A DNA stretch of 64,000 bases from Nitrospiraceae bacterium (GCA_050246315.1 JBFWWG010000003.1:64001-128000); one strand, 5' to 3'. Shown: positions 21,928 to 32,317, counted from the stretch's first letter. The notes: generated by a model not told the origin, from the letters alone. Numbers and translations are program-made.

Positions 21928-22737
21928 CTAGTCGATGCGGGCCGGCAGCGGCACATCCTTAAACAGTAGATCCGCCAGTTGCCTCCCGAGATTGAGCTTT
22001 CCCGCCACCGTCGGCTCCACTTGGAAGCGCTCGACGAGCCCGCCGATCGCCGGGTCGCGGGAGGACAGGAACCGAATCAGGTCGGCAGGCGCCGTCGGCC
22101 AGAACCCCCGCAAACGGAAAAAAGCCTCCAGGTAGCGGTCGCCGAACAAGGCGAGGAGGTACAGGGCGGTCGCGGGCTTGCGCTGCAAATCCTCGGCTTT
22201 ACCTAAGAGGTGCAGGCACTCGGTCTTCAAACGGATCTGCTCGAAGAGGGCCACGCGCCCCGGGCCCTGCCGGAACCGTTCGGCGGCACGCTCGACCAGT
22301 TGTCCACCGACCCCGTCGTGTTCAAACAGGACTCGGGCCTTGCGCAACAGCGAGGCCAGACGCGGCGAATGATCGATCTCCTCCTCCACCAACTGCTGCC
22401 CCCGATACCGGATATCGACGATACGATCCGCGACCCGGATCAATTCATCCCGATCGGCCTCACCCTTGACGACCGCAATCAAGTCCAGATCGCTGTGGGG
22501 TGTCAACATGCGACGCGCGGCCGATCCGGTCAACAGCACGGCGATCAGGTCGCCGCCACGCTTGCCCTTCACATGCCGCAGGGCATGGGACAGGATTTCG
22601 TCGAACCCCGGCGGTTCGACACCTTCAGGCGGGTCCGGCAAATCCGGCACCGCCAGAAGCTCGGCGTTCAACTCCTGCCGGGTCGGGGCCGCGATTTCCT
22701 CGCTCCCGGATACCGCCTGTTTCACATCCTCATGCAT
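21928..22737 (-). CDS. Nucleotidyltransferase domain protein (Pol-beta fold plus helical domain)
   Basis: LTGSAAR....HSDLDL (GS...DxD). Confidence 0.75.
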   Translation of the reverse strand: MHEDVKQAVSGSEEIAAPTRQELNAELLAVPDLPDPPEGVEPPGFDEILSHALRHVKGKRGGDLIAVLLTGSAARRMLTPHSDLDLIAVVKGEADRDELIRVADRIVDIRYRGQQLVEEEIDHSPRLASLLRKARVLFEHDGVGGQLVERAAERFRQGPGRVALFEQIRLKTECLHLLGKAEDLQRKPATALYLLALFGDRYLEAFFRLRGFWPTAPADLIRFLSSRDPAIGGLVERFQVEPTVAGKLNLGRQLADLLFKDVPLPARID

Positions 22738-22757
22738 AGTTTGAGTGGACTCACCGG

Positions 22758-22985
22758 TCAGGCGCCGGTCGCTCCTTGAATCTGAGAGGGAAGATCGGCC
22801 AACCACTGCTCAAACGGTCGGTCGGCGTCCACGATGATCTCCAATTTTCCAGAGGTCAGTTTTCTCACCAGACCGGGACTCTCGGCGGACAGAGGAATCT
22901 CGATCCACTCGCGATCCAACCCGAGGTGATCCGTCAGTTCAAGAATCCGGCTGATCTGCTGGAACGAAACGGTCTCGAACGGCAT
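22758..22985 (-). CDS. Small hypothetical protein
   Basis: GGAGG RBS, protein-like composition, co-oriented with the nucleotidyltransferase gene. Confidence 0.6.
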   Translation of the reverse strand: MPFETVSFQQISRILELTDHLGLDREWIEIPLSAESPGLVRKLTSGKLEIIVDADRPFEQWLADLPSQIQGATGA

Positions 22986-23171
22986 CCGGCCTCCGTAGTT
23001 TCTCTCGGCATTCTAAAGATGGGATCGAAAGTGTGTCAACGAACGCACCGCGAAACAAACGCTGGGATGATCGTCACGCGTCATTCGTCAAGCCTCAAAC
23101 GAAGAACGAGAGAACGAGTCGTGCGGAGGCTCGCCAGTTCTCCTCGATTGACGATTCACGATTGACGCTTC

Positions 23172-24209
23172 TTATGACGCGAGCACCGTCGCGAACACCT
23201 CCGCGGCTCGGTCGATGTCGTCGGCCGATACATCGAGATGGGTCACGGCGCGATACGTGGTCGGCCCCACGGCATTGATCAGCACGCCGCGCTCTCTCAA
23301 CGCCGCCAGGACCTCGCTGGCTGCCCGAGACTGTTGCGGGATCTCGAACAGGACGATGTTGGTCTCGATGCGCCCCAAATCCACCTTGACGGCCGGCAAC
23401 AACCGGAGCGCGCGGGCGAGCCGCTTGGCGTTGTCGTGATCCTCCTTGAGGCGGACGAGATGGTGGTCCAGCGCATAGAGGCCGGCTGCGGCCAACACAC
23501 CCGCCTGTCGCATGGCGCCGCCGTACATGCGCCGGTAGCGCCTCAGCCGCACATGCAACTCTTCATGATTGGTGACGACCAGCGATCCGGCCGGTGCACC
23601 AAGACCTTTGGAAAGACAAAACGACACGGTGTCGAAGTACTGGGCATAGGCGGCCGCGTAAATCCCGGTCGCCGCCACTGCGTTAAAGAGCCGGGCCCCG
23701 TCGAGGTGCAGGGGAATACCTTGCGCACGGGCTAGGGCATGAATCCGCTCGATGGTCGTCAGCGAATAGATCGAGCCGCCACCCGCGTTATGCGTGTTCT
23801 CCAGGCAGATCAATCCGGTCGGCAACGTATGGGGGTCCTTCGGCCTGATGGCCGCCTGAACCTGCTCCGGCGCCAGCAAGCCGCGCTCGGTCGGAATCGT
23901 GAACAACTGCACGCCGGAGAGGGCGGCAGCGGCGCCTTGTTCGTATCGGACGATGTGGGATCGACTGTCGAGGATCACCTCATCTCCCGGCTTGGTCAGG
24001 ACGCGCACGCTCAACTGGTTCGCCATCGTCCCGGAGGGGACGAAGAGCGCGAAGGATTTTCCCAGCAGCGTCGCCGCCTTTTCTTGCAGCGTATTGACGG
24101 TCGGATCTTCCCCATACACGTCGTCGCCCACCTGGGCCTGCGCCATCGCCTCCCGCATGGCGGCCGTCGGTTTCGTCACCGTATCGCTGCGGAGGTCGAT
24201 GGTCGTCAC
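23172..24209 (-). CDS. ltaE: Low-specificity L-threonine aldolase
   Basis: [35 protein letters not shown]. Confidence 0.95.
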   Translation of the reverse strand: MTTIDLRSDTVTKPTAAMREAMAQAQVGDDVYGEDPTVNTLQEKAATLLGKSFALFVPSGTMANQLSVRVLTKPGDEVILDSRSHIVRYEQGAAAALSGVQLFTIPTERGLLAPEQVQAAIRPKDPHTLPTGLICLENTHNAGGGSIYSLTTIERIHALARAQGIPLHLDGARLFNAVAATGIYAAAYAQYFDTVSFCLSKGLGAPAGSLVVTNHEELHVRLRRYRRMYGGAMRQAGVLAAAGLYALDHHLVRLKEDHDNAKRLARALRLLPAVKVDLGRIETNIVLFEIPQQSRAASEVLAALRERGVLINAVGPTTYRAVTHLDVSADDIDRAAEVFATVLAS

Positions 24210-25447
24210 GACGGCCTGTCCTGGCCAAGCTGCGACCGGTCCTGAAATCGGTAGGCCTGACGATTCACCACGGGGAAGATCGTGAAGATCGGCGTGTTGT
24301 AGGGAATCACGGCGGACTCCACGCCGGGTAGCAGTCCCAGATGGAGATTCACGAAGTTGTAGCTCAACCCGTCCTGCCAGGGCTCTCGAAACGACTGGGC
24401 GTAGGATTCCACCTTATCGGAGGCATAGGTGCGCGTCATCAGGCCTGCCGCGCCCTGGATTCCGTACTCGGTCAGATCCGGCGCGCCTTGGATCAAGAGC
24501 GACACTACCGAGGCGTCGAACCAAACCTTGAACTTGCAACTCACTTGGATGAACGGTCCCAGCGAGCCGACATGATCGAGCACGCTGATCGGGTAGGCGA
24601 GCTCCGCCGGCACATCGGGCGGGGAGTCGTTCGGCACAAAACGAAACTCCGGTTCTTTGATGCCGGAGACGGAGACGAACCGGAGATTCGGATCATCCAA
24701 GGCCACATCCAACATCTGCCCATCGTGATAACTACAGAGCTTCCCCATTTCGTACCGGAGCGGGTAGGAGTAGCCGAGCTTCGCGTAAAAGATCCGTACA
24801 CCGCCGTCCAACGGCTCGTCCGGCGTCCGGCTGATCTTCAGGTCGAAGGGGAGCAGCAAGTGAAAGGCGTTGGTGCGCGCGCTCATGAACGGCGCGCAGG
24901 CACCGGGGAATTCCTTCTGGATGGCCGGATTGTCGGGATCGAACTTCTTGGGGGATCCGCCGAAGTGCTGCGCGGTCTTGGCCTCCTGCGGCATCCGATA
25001 CTTGGCCTGATAGTAGGCCGCAGCGCGTTTCTGGGCCAGGTCGAGGTAATACTCCGGCGCATCGGTCTCGACGATCAACACCTGCTGCTTCAAATCATGC
25101 GCGCGGGGGACGCGCATCGCTTGCGTATAGATGTCGATCTCGGCGGCCGTCCGTTGGATGTCCTGCGTCAACTGCCGGGCTAGTCCAGGCTCCCAGAACC
25201 GTGTCTTGGGAAGCAGGTCGCCGGCCTTTTGCAGACATTCGAGCTTGTGCGCGTAGCGCTTCGGCTCCGCCGCAAAGGCATCGGCCGTGGCCATATAGAG
25301 ATTGAACAGCTCCTCCGGCAGCAGACCCAGCCGCCCGAGGTCCTGCTCCCGCACAAAGGCGAGCGCCAACGGCCCGAAGGCCTCCTCCCGGCGGATGCAG
25401 AGGGTCATCAGGTAGTTGTAATGGGCGCGCGCGTCTTCCGGCGTCAT
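24206..25447 (-). CDS. Hypothetical protein (helical N-terminus, possible DUF6065/dUTPase-like C-terminus)
   Basis: Long ORF whose stop overlaps the ltaE start; CAPF...LLPFDL and [13 protein letters not shown] motifs. Confidence 0.65.
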   Translation of the reverse strand: MTPEDARAHYNYLMTLCIRREEAFGPLALAFVREQDLGRLGLLPEELFNLYMATADAFAAEPKRYAHKLECLQKAGDLLPKTRFWEPGLARQLTQDIQRTAAEIDIYTQAMRVPRAHDLKQQVLIVETDAPEYYLDLAQKRAAAYYQAKYRMPQEAKTAQHFGGSPKKFDPDNPAIQKEFPGACAPFMSARTNAFHLLLPFDLKISRTPDEPLDGGVRIFYAKLGYSYPLRYEMGKLCSYHDGQMLDVALDDPNLRFVSVSGIKEPEFRFVPNDSPPDVPAELAYPISVLDHVGSLGPFIQVSCKFKVWFDASVVSLLIQGAPDLTEYGIQGAAGLMTRTYASDKVESYAQSFREPWQDGLSYNFVNLHLGLLPGVESAVIPYNTPIFTIFPVVNRQAYRFQDRSQLGQDRPS

Positions 25448-25664
25448 CGACTGAGGTGCTCCAGTTGAGGCATTCTAAGAGAACCCTGCGGACGTGGACA
25501 AGCCCTTCATTCCCGAAACCGCACCCTTTATTCATGAACGCTTCTGCCGCTTGGGCCCATCGCAGCAGAAGCGCAATGGGCCCAAGCACCTCGTGAACCG
25601 TTACGAACCGTCACGACTACGGTGGGCTCAGACGTAAGACGTGGAGGTAATCAGAGGTGAGCCG

Positions 25665-26477
25665 TCAGGAAGCGGTCGGGGTACCGGACAACATCCGGAC
25701 CTCCCGTTGCGGGAAGGGGATGTCGATCTCGGCGGCGCGAAACCGTTCGATGATCGCCTGGTTGAGTTCGGCTTGCACCGCGCCGACCTGCGGGACGGGG
25801 ACCCAAGGCTTGACTGCGATCGTAACGGACGAGTCGCCGAAGCCGGCAATGCCGATGATCGGGGCCGGATCTTTCAGCACATGCGGATGTCGCACCGTCA
25901 GCTCCCGCACAACATCGAGCGCCTTGGCCATATCCGTCTTGTAGGAGACGCCGACCGAGAGATCCAGTTGGCGGATCGTCCCGAAGTTGTGGAGGATCTC
26001 TCCCACGATCTTGCGGTTGGGGATAACGACACGGGACCGATCTGGATGAACCAGAATGGTCGAAAAGATACTGATCGTCACGACGTCCCCGTGCACACCC
26101 AGCAACGAGATATGTTCGCCGACGCGATAGGGTTTCGTAAAGATGATCGAGAGCCCGGCAACGACATTGCTCAGCACACCCTGGAGTGCAATGCCGATCC
26201 CCAAACCGGCCACGCCGAGACCGGCGAGCAGCGGCGCAATTTGCACTCCGAGTTGGTCCAGGACGGCCAAAATGGCCAGCATGAATACGAGCCCCTGGAC
26301 CACCTGAGACAACAGCCGGCGAACGGGCGGCTCCAGATCCTGACGCTCAAGGGACTTCAGCGTGAAGTTTCCGACCCGTCGCGCCACCATGGCCCCCACG
26401 ACAAGAATCGCCAAGGCTCCCAGCACGCGAAACCCGTACCGCACCAAATAATCTTGAATCAGATCCATGGTCTGCAT
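25665..26477 (-). CDS. mscS: Small-conductance mechanosensitive channel
   Basis: GIALQ..LSN..AG, PYRVGE, IPN, IDIPFPQREV. Confidence 0.92.
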   Translation of the reverse strand: MQTMDLIQDYLVRYGFRVLGALAILVVGAMVARRVGNFTLKSLERQDLEPPVRRLLSQVVQGLVFMLAILAVLDQLGVQIAPLLAGLGVAGLGIGIALQGVLSNVVAGLSIIFTKPYRVGEHISLLGVHGDVVTISIFSTILVHPDRSRVVIPNRKIVGEILHNFGTIRQLDLSVGVSYKTDMAKALDVVRELTVRHPHVLKDPAPIIGIAGFGDSSVTIAVKPWVPVPQVGAVQAELNQAIIERFRAAEIDIPFPQREVRMLSGTPTAS

Positions 26478-26490
26478 GAATGCGCCTCCA

Positions 26491-28386
26491 TTACCGCCCA
26501 AACAGATCCTTGAGCAGCTCCTTGCCCTGTTTCTTCAGATCCTCCGGCTTGGTCGTGCCCTGCATCAATCCTTCGACCGCCTCCTCAACCTTCTTCTCGA
26601 CCTTCTGCTTCACCTGTTCTTGCACTTTGCCGCCCAGCGCCTTCGCATCCAATTGATAGCTCGGGGCCTGGACGGTGCCGGTGATCTTCAGCGGCAGCGC
26701 GAGGCGTCCGTCCTTCAGGGCCAGCTTGACGACCGGGGTGGAGCGGGCAATCTTCTGACTGACCGCCTCCGACAGGTTGAGGTTCAGCGTCAGATTCAGC
26801 GACTGGTCGAAGCCGACCGTGCCTGCGCCGGTCGCCCGAAACTCATGACTGTCCATGAGCATCCGTTGGACGGTGATGAGGCCGCTCTTGACCGCCAGGT
26901 CCGTCTCAATGGTCGAAAACAGGGTCGCGTTGAGGTTCTCCGGCGAAATCCCGGCAACCTTCAGCAGCGTGGACACCTCCTGCATCAGATTGATCCCTTC
27001 GATCCTGCCGTCTCGCAGCGCCACACGAGCGGTACCGGCCAGCGCAGAGGCCAGGTCGGGCGCAGTGAAGCCTTGGCCTCGCAGATCGAGCGCGGCGCCC
27101 GCAGTCCCGCTCACGGTCACCCTATCGTTCCCCAGCGCTTCGAGCGCGGGTCCGAGTTGCAGTCCCTGCACCGTCGCCTTACCCGTGAACGGCGGAGCCG
27201 GAGATTCGATCGTCAAACCGGCCTGGGTCTTGACCTGACCGTTGAACAACTGAAACGAAAGATTGGACAGCCGCGCGTCCTGCCCCTTCATCTCGGCCGA
27301 GATGACCAAGTCTTTGATCTCAACCGGTTTCTTGAGCGGAAGGGCAATCGGTACATCGGCCGTGCTGATTCTGGCCGAGGTGCCGGTCACCGAGGCGCGG
27401 CCTCCCAGGATCGAGCCTCGTACATCGACCACCGACTCTCCCATCACCACAGCCAGGCTCAGGTTCGAGACTTCCGCCAACTCAAGCGGAGGCGAACCTT
27501 CCTTCGGCGGATAGGCGGCCTTCACCGAAGCCTTGAGGTCCTTCACCTGCACCGGCTTGGTCAAGGGTAAGGCCACCGGCAGGTCCGAGGACGAAATCAA
27601 GGGCGAAGCCAACCGAGCCTCGAGCAGCCCGCCGACCGCCCGGCCTTCGATGTTCAACACCACCTTGCCCACCCCCAGGTCGAAGCGGAACTGTTGCAGA
27701 TCCATTGTCTCCACGAGGGGACCGAAGGACCCGTCAAGCGTCACCGGCAACTTGAATGGTTGCAGAGTCGCAGCAAGATGAAGGGAAGGGGACTCGCCGA
27801 GATGGACGGATTCCAACAGGAATTCCAAACGGTCGATCACATATTCCGTCGGCTTGGGCGTGGATTGGTCATGATAGGTCAGCTTGCCATCGACAATCGT
27901 CACGCGGTCCACGGACAGCAAGGCCAACGCCTGCAGCGGCCCGCCGGATGGGGCGGCAGGGACTTCAGGCTTCGGCGCTTCCGGCTTGGCCGGCCCCTTC
28001 GGTCCAATGGTCGACACGTTCAGGAGCCCCTGCTTGTTCTTGAGGATCGTGATCACCGGATCACGCAGCGTGATCTCCTCCACGACGACCTTGCCGGAAA
28101 ACAGGGGCATCAGCTTGATCCCCACTTCCAACGCGGTCAGTGAGGCGAAGGGATCGGAGGAGAAGGCAGGATCGTCCATCACCATGAAGCCGGCCACACG
28201 GGCGCCGAGGCGAGGCCAGATGGTCAGACGGATATCCTTGAGCGAGATTTTGCGTCCGAGCGCCTCTTCGATCAGCGGCCGATACTGGTCCTGGTACTTG
28301 TTGAGATCGATCAGAAACGGCAGGGCGAGCACCAGCACAATCAACAGGACCAGGCCCAGCACGACTCCCAGGAAGAGTTTCATCAT
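26491..28386 (-). CDS. AsmA family protein
   Basis: N-terminal TM followed by DLNKYQ; beta-rich body; LPLKITGT..AP C-terminus. Confidence 0.85.
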   Translation of the reverse strand: MMKLFLGVVLGLVLLIVLVLALPFLIDLNKYQDQYRPLIEEALGRKISLKDIRLTIWPRLGARVAGFMVMDDPAFSSDPFASLTALEVGIKLMPLFSGKVVVEEITLRDPVITILKNKQGLLNVSTIGPKGPAKPEAPKPEVPAAPSGGPLQALALLSVDRVTIVDGKLTYHDQSTPKPTEYVIDRLEFLLESVHLGESPSLHLAATLQPFKLPVTLDGSFGPLVETMDLQQFRFDLGVGKVVLNIEGRAVGGLLEARLASPLISSSDLPVALPLTKPVQVKDLKASVKAAYPPKEGSPPLELAEVSNLSLAVVMGESVVDVRGSILGGRASVTGTSARISTADVPIALPLKKPVEIKDLVISAEMKGQDARLSNLSFQLFNGQVKTQAGLTIESPAPPFTGKATVQGLQLGPALEALGNDRVTVSGTAGAALDLRGQGFTAPDLASALAGTARVALRDGRIEGINLMQEVSTLLKVAGISPENLNATLFSTIETDLAVKSGLITVQRMLMDSHEFRATGAGTVGFDQSLNLTLNLNLSEAVSQKIARSTPVVKLALKDGRLALPLKITGTVQAPSYQLDAKALGGKVQEQVKQKVEKKVEEAVEGLMQGTTKPEDLKKQGKELLKDLFGR

Positions 28387-28586
28387 CGTCACCTCATGTG
28401 CGGAGGAGAGTATCGAAACAGGCGGGATGGGTCAATTACGACAGGATAGATTCGGCAACAGGGTGCGAGAAACCTCCCGCACCCCGGCTGACCGGATCAA
28501 CTCGTCTTGTGCGTCCGACATGCGTAGTTTCGCCGTTCCCATTCTTCATTTCCGATGCTTCCGTTCCCAGGTATCCTCTCCAGCGA

Positions 28587-29762
28587 CTACCGGGCACTGA
28601 TGCGCAGGCCGCCCGACTGAAAATGATTCGGTAACGGCATGATGCAATTCGGGTTGAAGCCCGCGGTTTTCAACGTATCAATGCTGCCCAGGACCTTTTC
28701 ATTTTTCAAGTCGATCACCGTGATGGACCCGTCGCTCATGCCTTCCAGGTTGAGCAGGCTGTTTTGAACGAAGAGGTACCGTTCATCGGGCGACAGCACC
28801 GTGTGGTGGGCGCCTGCCGCAGCAGGGATCGCCTTGAGAAACTTCGGGTGCGTCGGGTCCGAGTTGTCATACACATTGACGAATCCCGGCTTCGCCGTCG
28901 TGACGAACAACCGGTCTCCCTTCGCGTTATACAGCATCTCCAGCGGCATCCCCTGGTCGCGCGGACCAAAGTCGTCAACCTGATGGAAGCTGAACGTCTT
29001 GGTGGTCGGGTCCCAGACACCGGCCCACAACGTCGCCTCCAGCATATTGGTAATGTGCACCACGGGCGGATCGGCATTCGGCGAGAACATGATCTCGACG
29101 GGGGCCGATTTAGCAGGGGCGGGTTTTGACCCCAGCCTGTGGGTGGACAGCACCTTGCCGCTCGCAGCCTCCAACACCGTGACCGAATCGCCTTGCTCCG
29201 ACATGTCCGGCTTGACCGTGCTCGTGATCAGCAGCCGGTCGATGCCGTTGTGGATGGCGATCCCATGCGGATAGAGGATATAGGCGTCGGCCGGCTGAGC
29301 CGCGCTGACCGTCTTGATCGGCCGATCCTTCACCGCGTCGCCCATGATCACCGCACTCGACCCCATGCAGGTGAGGTACCAGGTCCGATTATCCTCCGAC
29401 ACGACGAGATCCTCGCCGACCTTGCAGTCAGGGACGTCGATGGCGCGTAGCCTGTACGGAAACTTCGTAAGGTCCATGACGTGCAGTATGCTCTTCCCCA
29501 AGGACGTAACGTAGGCCTTGGTTTTGTCGCGATTGAAAAAGATGTGATGGGCGACGAGATCGGACGGCAGCGGGATCTCCATCAGGATTTTCCCGAAATC
29601 CGACGAATCGGGATCGATCTCCATGATGGCGATTCCCTCGCGCCTGACCGGCTGATTCGGCTTACTCTCATAGTTCAGGAGGGCCAATAGTTCGGCCCAA
29701 GCCGGAGCCGCAGACGAGAGGAGCAGCACCACGGTCAGGGTGAGGAGCCGGAGCGGAGTCAT
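28587..29762 (-). CDS. Exported YncE-like beta-propeller protein
   Basis: Signal peptide (AWA), repeated blades (FNRDKTKAYV, SPDERYLFV), His clusters. Confidence 0.7.
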   Translation of the reverse strand: MTPLRLLTLTVVLLLSSAAPAWAELLALLNYESKPNQPVRREGIAIMEIDPDSSDFGKILMEIPLPSDLVAHHIFFNRDKTKAYVTSLGKSILHVMDLTKFPYRLRAIDVPDCKVGEDLVVSEDNRTWYLTCMGSSAVIMGDAVKDRPIKTVSAAQPADAYILYPHGIAIHNGIDRLLITSTVKPDMSEQGDSVTVLEAASGKVLSTHRLGSKPAPAKSAPVEIMFSPNADPPVVHITNMLEATLWAGVWDPTTKTFSFHQVDDFGPRDQGMPLEMLYNAKGDRLFVTTAKPGFVNVYDNSDPTHPKFLKAIPAAAGAHHTVLSPDERYLFVQNSLLNLEGMSDGSITVIDLKNEKVLGSIDTLKTAGFNPNCIMPLPNHFQSGGLRISAR

Positions 29763-29988
29763 GGGAGCCTCCTTTCGGTGGGGTCGCAGGGGTTGAACCC
29801 TACTCCTTTCCCGGTGGCGCACGCAACCGCGATTTCTCATGAGGTTGGTCGGCTCCAGGGACCGGTTCCGGTTCTCTATTCCGATCCCAATGCGGCGGTC
29901 GACAGGCAAGACTTCTCGCGTGGAGTATCTTATAATTCGCCCTCGCGTTTTCCACCGCCTCGCACTCATGAACCATCCGAGGAGCCAT

Positions 29989-30714
29989 ATGAAACCACTG
30001 CATGTCGGCTCGGTCATCACCCTGGTCCTCCTTCTGTGCGGGTGCGCGGCGACAAAACAGGCTCGCACCGTCGAAAAACTGGGTTTTCTGAAGGATCTGT
30101 ATCCGATCATGACGAAGGGCGACGAGAGTGCGGGCGAGTCGCTGTTGATCTACAAGAACCCCAAGGTAGCCCTCATTCCGGCCAACACGTATACGAAGAT
30201 CTTGCTGGATCCTGTGCTGATCTTCCGCGGTCCGGAATCGAAGATGCGCGGGATCTCCCAGGCTCAGGCGCAACTCATGGCCGATACGTTTTATGCATTG
30301 ATCTACCAGGAACTGTCCAAAGACTATGAGATGGTGGATAAGCCCGGCCCGAGCACGCTGCGGGCGCAGGTCGCGATGACCCATCTCGAAGAATCCTGGC
30401 CCATGCTGGACGTCGTGTCGGCGGTCCCTGCACCGATGAATGCCTTTGCGGCTGGATCGCTGCTCAAGACCATCGCCACAGGCAAACCCGCTTTCACCGG
30501 CGAGGCAGTGATCGAAGCCAAGATCAGCGACGCTGCAACTGGCGAAATCCTGAGGGCGGGGGTGGATCGCCGGGTAGGGAAGAAGAAGCTCGATGCGGAG
30601 TCGTTCAACTCTTGGTCCGACGTGTACGAGTCGTTACGATACTGGGCGGAAAACGGCAGATATCAAATGTGCAAGGCACGGAAACATACGGACTGTCCCA
30701 AGCCCCACGCGTAG
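29989..30714 (+). CDS. DUF3313 family lipoprotein
   Basis: Lipobox LCGC; GFLKD.Y, PGPSTLRAQVA, EAKISDAATGE. Confidence 0.75.
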   Translation: MKPLHVGSVITLVLLLCGCAATKQARTVEKLGFLKDLYPIMTKGDESAGESLLIYKNPKVALIPANTYTKILLDPVLIFRGPESKMRGISQAQAQLMADTFYALIYQELSKDYEMVDKPGPSTLRAQVAMTHLEESWPMLDVVSAVPAPMNAFAAGSLLKTIATGKPAFTGEAVIEAKISDAATGEILRAGVDRRVGKKKLDAESFNSWSDVYESLRYWAENGRYQMCKARKHTDCPKPHA

Positions 30715-30820
30715 TAGTTTGAAAATCTCTTCGAGTACGCGCGACCGGAACCGGGGCGATCACGAACGATATCAGAATCGCTTGACGAATGCGGCGTGAC
30801 GCCTGCCGCTTCATCTATCG

Positions 30821-30876
30821 GCACTCAGCTCCCAGCACTCAGCACCTCTGTGTCAGACAGTGTGACCCCGGATGTC
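30821..30876 (+). repeat. Heptamer tract GCACTCA plus conserved site gtgaccccggatgtc
   Basis: gcactca-gctccca-gcactca-gcac, then the site at 30862-30876. Confidence 0.65.
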
Positions 30877-30961
30877 CCAACGGCCCGAACAGAAGACGAG
30901 CCCACCCATCGTAAGCCACTGATAAAATAGACGATCCCAGGCTCTCACCTGGTCGCTTCGC

Positions 30962-30980
30962 TGTGACCTCGGATGTCACA
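30962..30980 (+). repeat. Conserved site tgtgacctcggatgtcaca (palindromic arms)
   Basis: TGTGAC-N7-GTCACA; same core as 30862, 33611 and 34539. Confidence 0.6.
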
Positions 30981-31029
30981 GGCCGGCATTACAATGAGGC
31001 TGAATGAGACAATCAGATGGGAGGATGCC

Positions 31030-31464
31030 ATGGTGTCATTCTGTCTCGCAGTCCTATTCATCCTACTCGGCTCCGCTGCGTCGCAGGCCGAGGAGCTCGG
31101 CAATCTAAGCCCAAATCCTTTCGCCTTGGACTCGACCAGCAATCCATTCGGCAAAGGCAGTCCCTTCGCCCCGAACGGTATCAACAATCCCTTCAGCCCC
31201 TACGGCAGCCCCTTCAGTAACCAATCGGCGACCAATCCCTTCGCGACCGATGCCCCGCGCTTGTACGACCAACAGGGCCACTACCGCGGCAAGCTCAGCG
31301 CCAACCCCTATGATCCCGATTCGACGAGCAATCAATGCGGTCGTTACGGTTCGGCCTTCTCGCCGGATTCCCTCAACAACCAGTTCGGCGCGGGGAGCCC
31401 ATACCGCTACGATTCACCGAACAATCCGTTCGGCACCGGTTGGCGCATCGAAACAGGACGTTAA
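31030..31464 (+). CDS. Secreted hypothetical protein with NPF/YGS repeats
   Basis: GGAGG RBS, signal peptide, internal duplication LS.NP...DSTSN..G. Confidence 0.7.
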   Translation: MVSFCLAVLFILLGSAASQAEELGNLSPNPFALDSTSNPFGKGSPFAPNGINNPFSPYGSPFSNQSATNPFATDAPRLYDQQGHYRGKLSANPYDPDSTSNQCGRYGSAFSPDSLNNQFGAGSPYRYDSPNNPFGTGWRIETGR

Positions 31465-31471
31465 CGTGAAG

Positions 31472-31552
31472 TCAGTCCTCGGCACTCAGTCCTCAGTCCT
31501 CAGTCCTCAGTCCTCAGTCCTCAGTCCACAGTCCTCAGTCCACAGAACTCAG
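31472..31552 (+). repeat. Tandem heptamer repeat TCAGTCC
   Basis: Six perfect consecutive units at 31486-31527 plus degenerate flanking units. Confidence 0.95.
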
Positions 31553-31567
31553 AAGGGGAGGCAGACC

Positions 31568-31777
31568 ATGAAACGCTTCATCCTGGGCTGTTTGGTCGGC
31601 GGACTCTTGATGGGAGGCATCAATTCCTTGGCGGAGACGGGCAGCGTGGGCCGTTCGCCCAAGCAACAGCAATTCGACTATTTTCGACAACGGCACCAGC
31701 AGCTCGACATCCAGCGCATGCGCCAACTCATGGACCGGCAGGCGCTGGAGCGCACCCTGTATCAGAAGCCCTGTTGA
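31568..31777 (+). CDS. Small secreted hypothetical protein
   Basis: GGAGG RBS; signal MKRFILGCLVGGLLMGG. Confidence 0.65.
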   Translation: MKRFILGCLVGGLLMGGINSLAETGSVGRSPKQQQFDYFRQRHQQLDIQRMRQLMDRQALERTLYQKPC

Positions 31778-31837
31778 GTCTTCGGCACTCTCCTGACGAC
31801 AGACAGCACATCATTAAGGAGCAGAGCCTATTCTCTC

Positions 31838-31884
31838 GTACTCAGTACTCAGTACTCAGTACTCAGCACCCAGAACTCAGCACT
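31838..31884 (+). repeat. Tandem heptamer repeat GTACTCA/GCACCCA
   Basis: Four perfect GTACTCA units at 31838-31865 plus degenerate units. Confidence 0.92.
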
Positions 31885-31927
31885 ATCCGGCACACCGTAT
31901 GACGATTGACGAAAGGCCGAGGTTGCC

Positions 31928-32191
31928 ATGAGTTGGAATGAAGAAGCCCGGATTCGATGCAGCTTTCGCTTCAAATGTCCGAAGCTCTGGGATCGCCTCC
32001 AGCCGACGGAAGTAGAGGGGGTCCGGCATTGCCCGGAATGCCGGCGTGACGTGCATCTGGCCTTGACCGCGGACACCTTCCGACGGCACAGCGAAGAAGG
32101 CCGCTGCATCGCCGTGCCGGTCTTACGGAATAATCCGGAGGACGATCCGAACGAGCCGGTCTATTGGGTCGGGGAGGTCGTCAACCCATAA
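31928..32191 (+). CDS. Small Cys-rich hypothetical protein
   Basis: GAGG RBS; C.F.FKCPK.W..L......RHCPEC...VH...C motif. Confidence 0.7.
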   Translation: MSWNEEARIRCSFRFKCPKLWDRLQPTEVEGVRHCPECRRDVHLALTADTFRRHSEEGRCIAVPVLRNNPEDDPNEPVYWVGEVVNP

Positions 32192-32317
32192 AAATCCTCA
32201 TGGATTCCCGCTCTAGCGAGTGTGAAGCCAAGGAGGGGAAACGAATGCCAACGCATTGGGAGTAGAGGGGCTAGCCCACATTTTTCATGACGGTTCCCAC
32301 TAAGACGCCAGGCGTCG

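Noticed and set aside
31472..31884. Possible CRISPR array
   Set aside because: These are contiguous 7-nt tandem units with no spacers, and there are no cas genes in the window.
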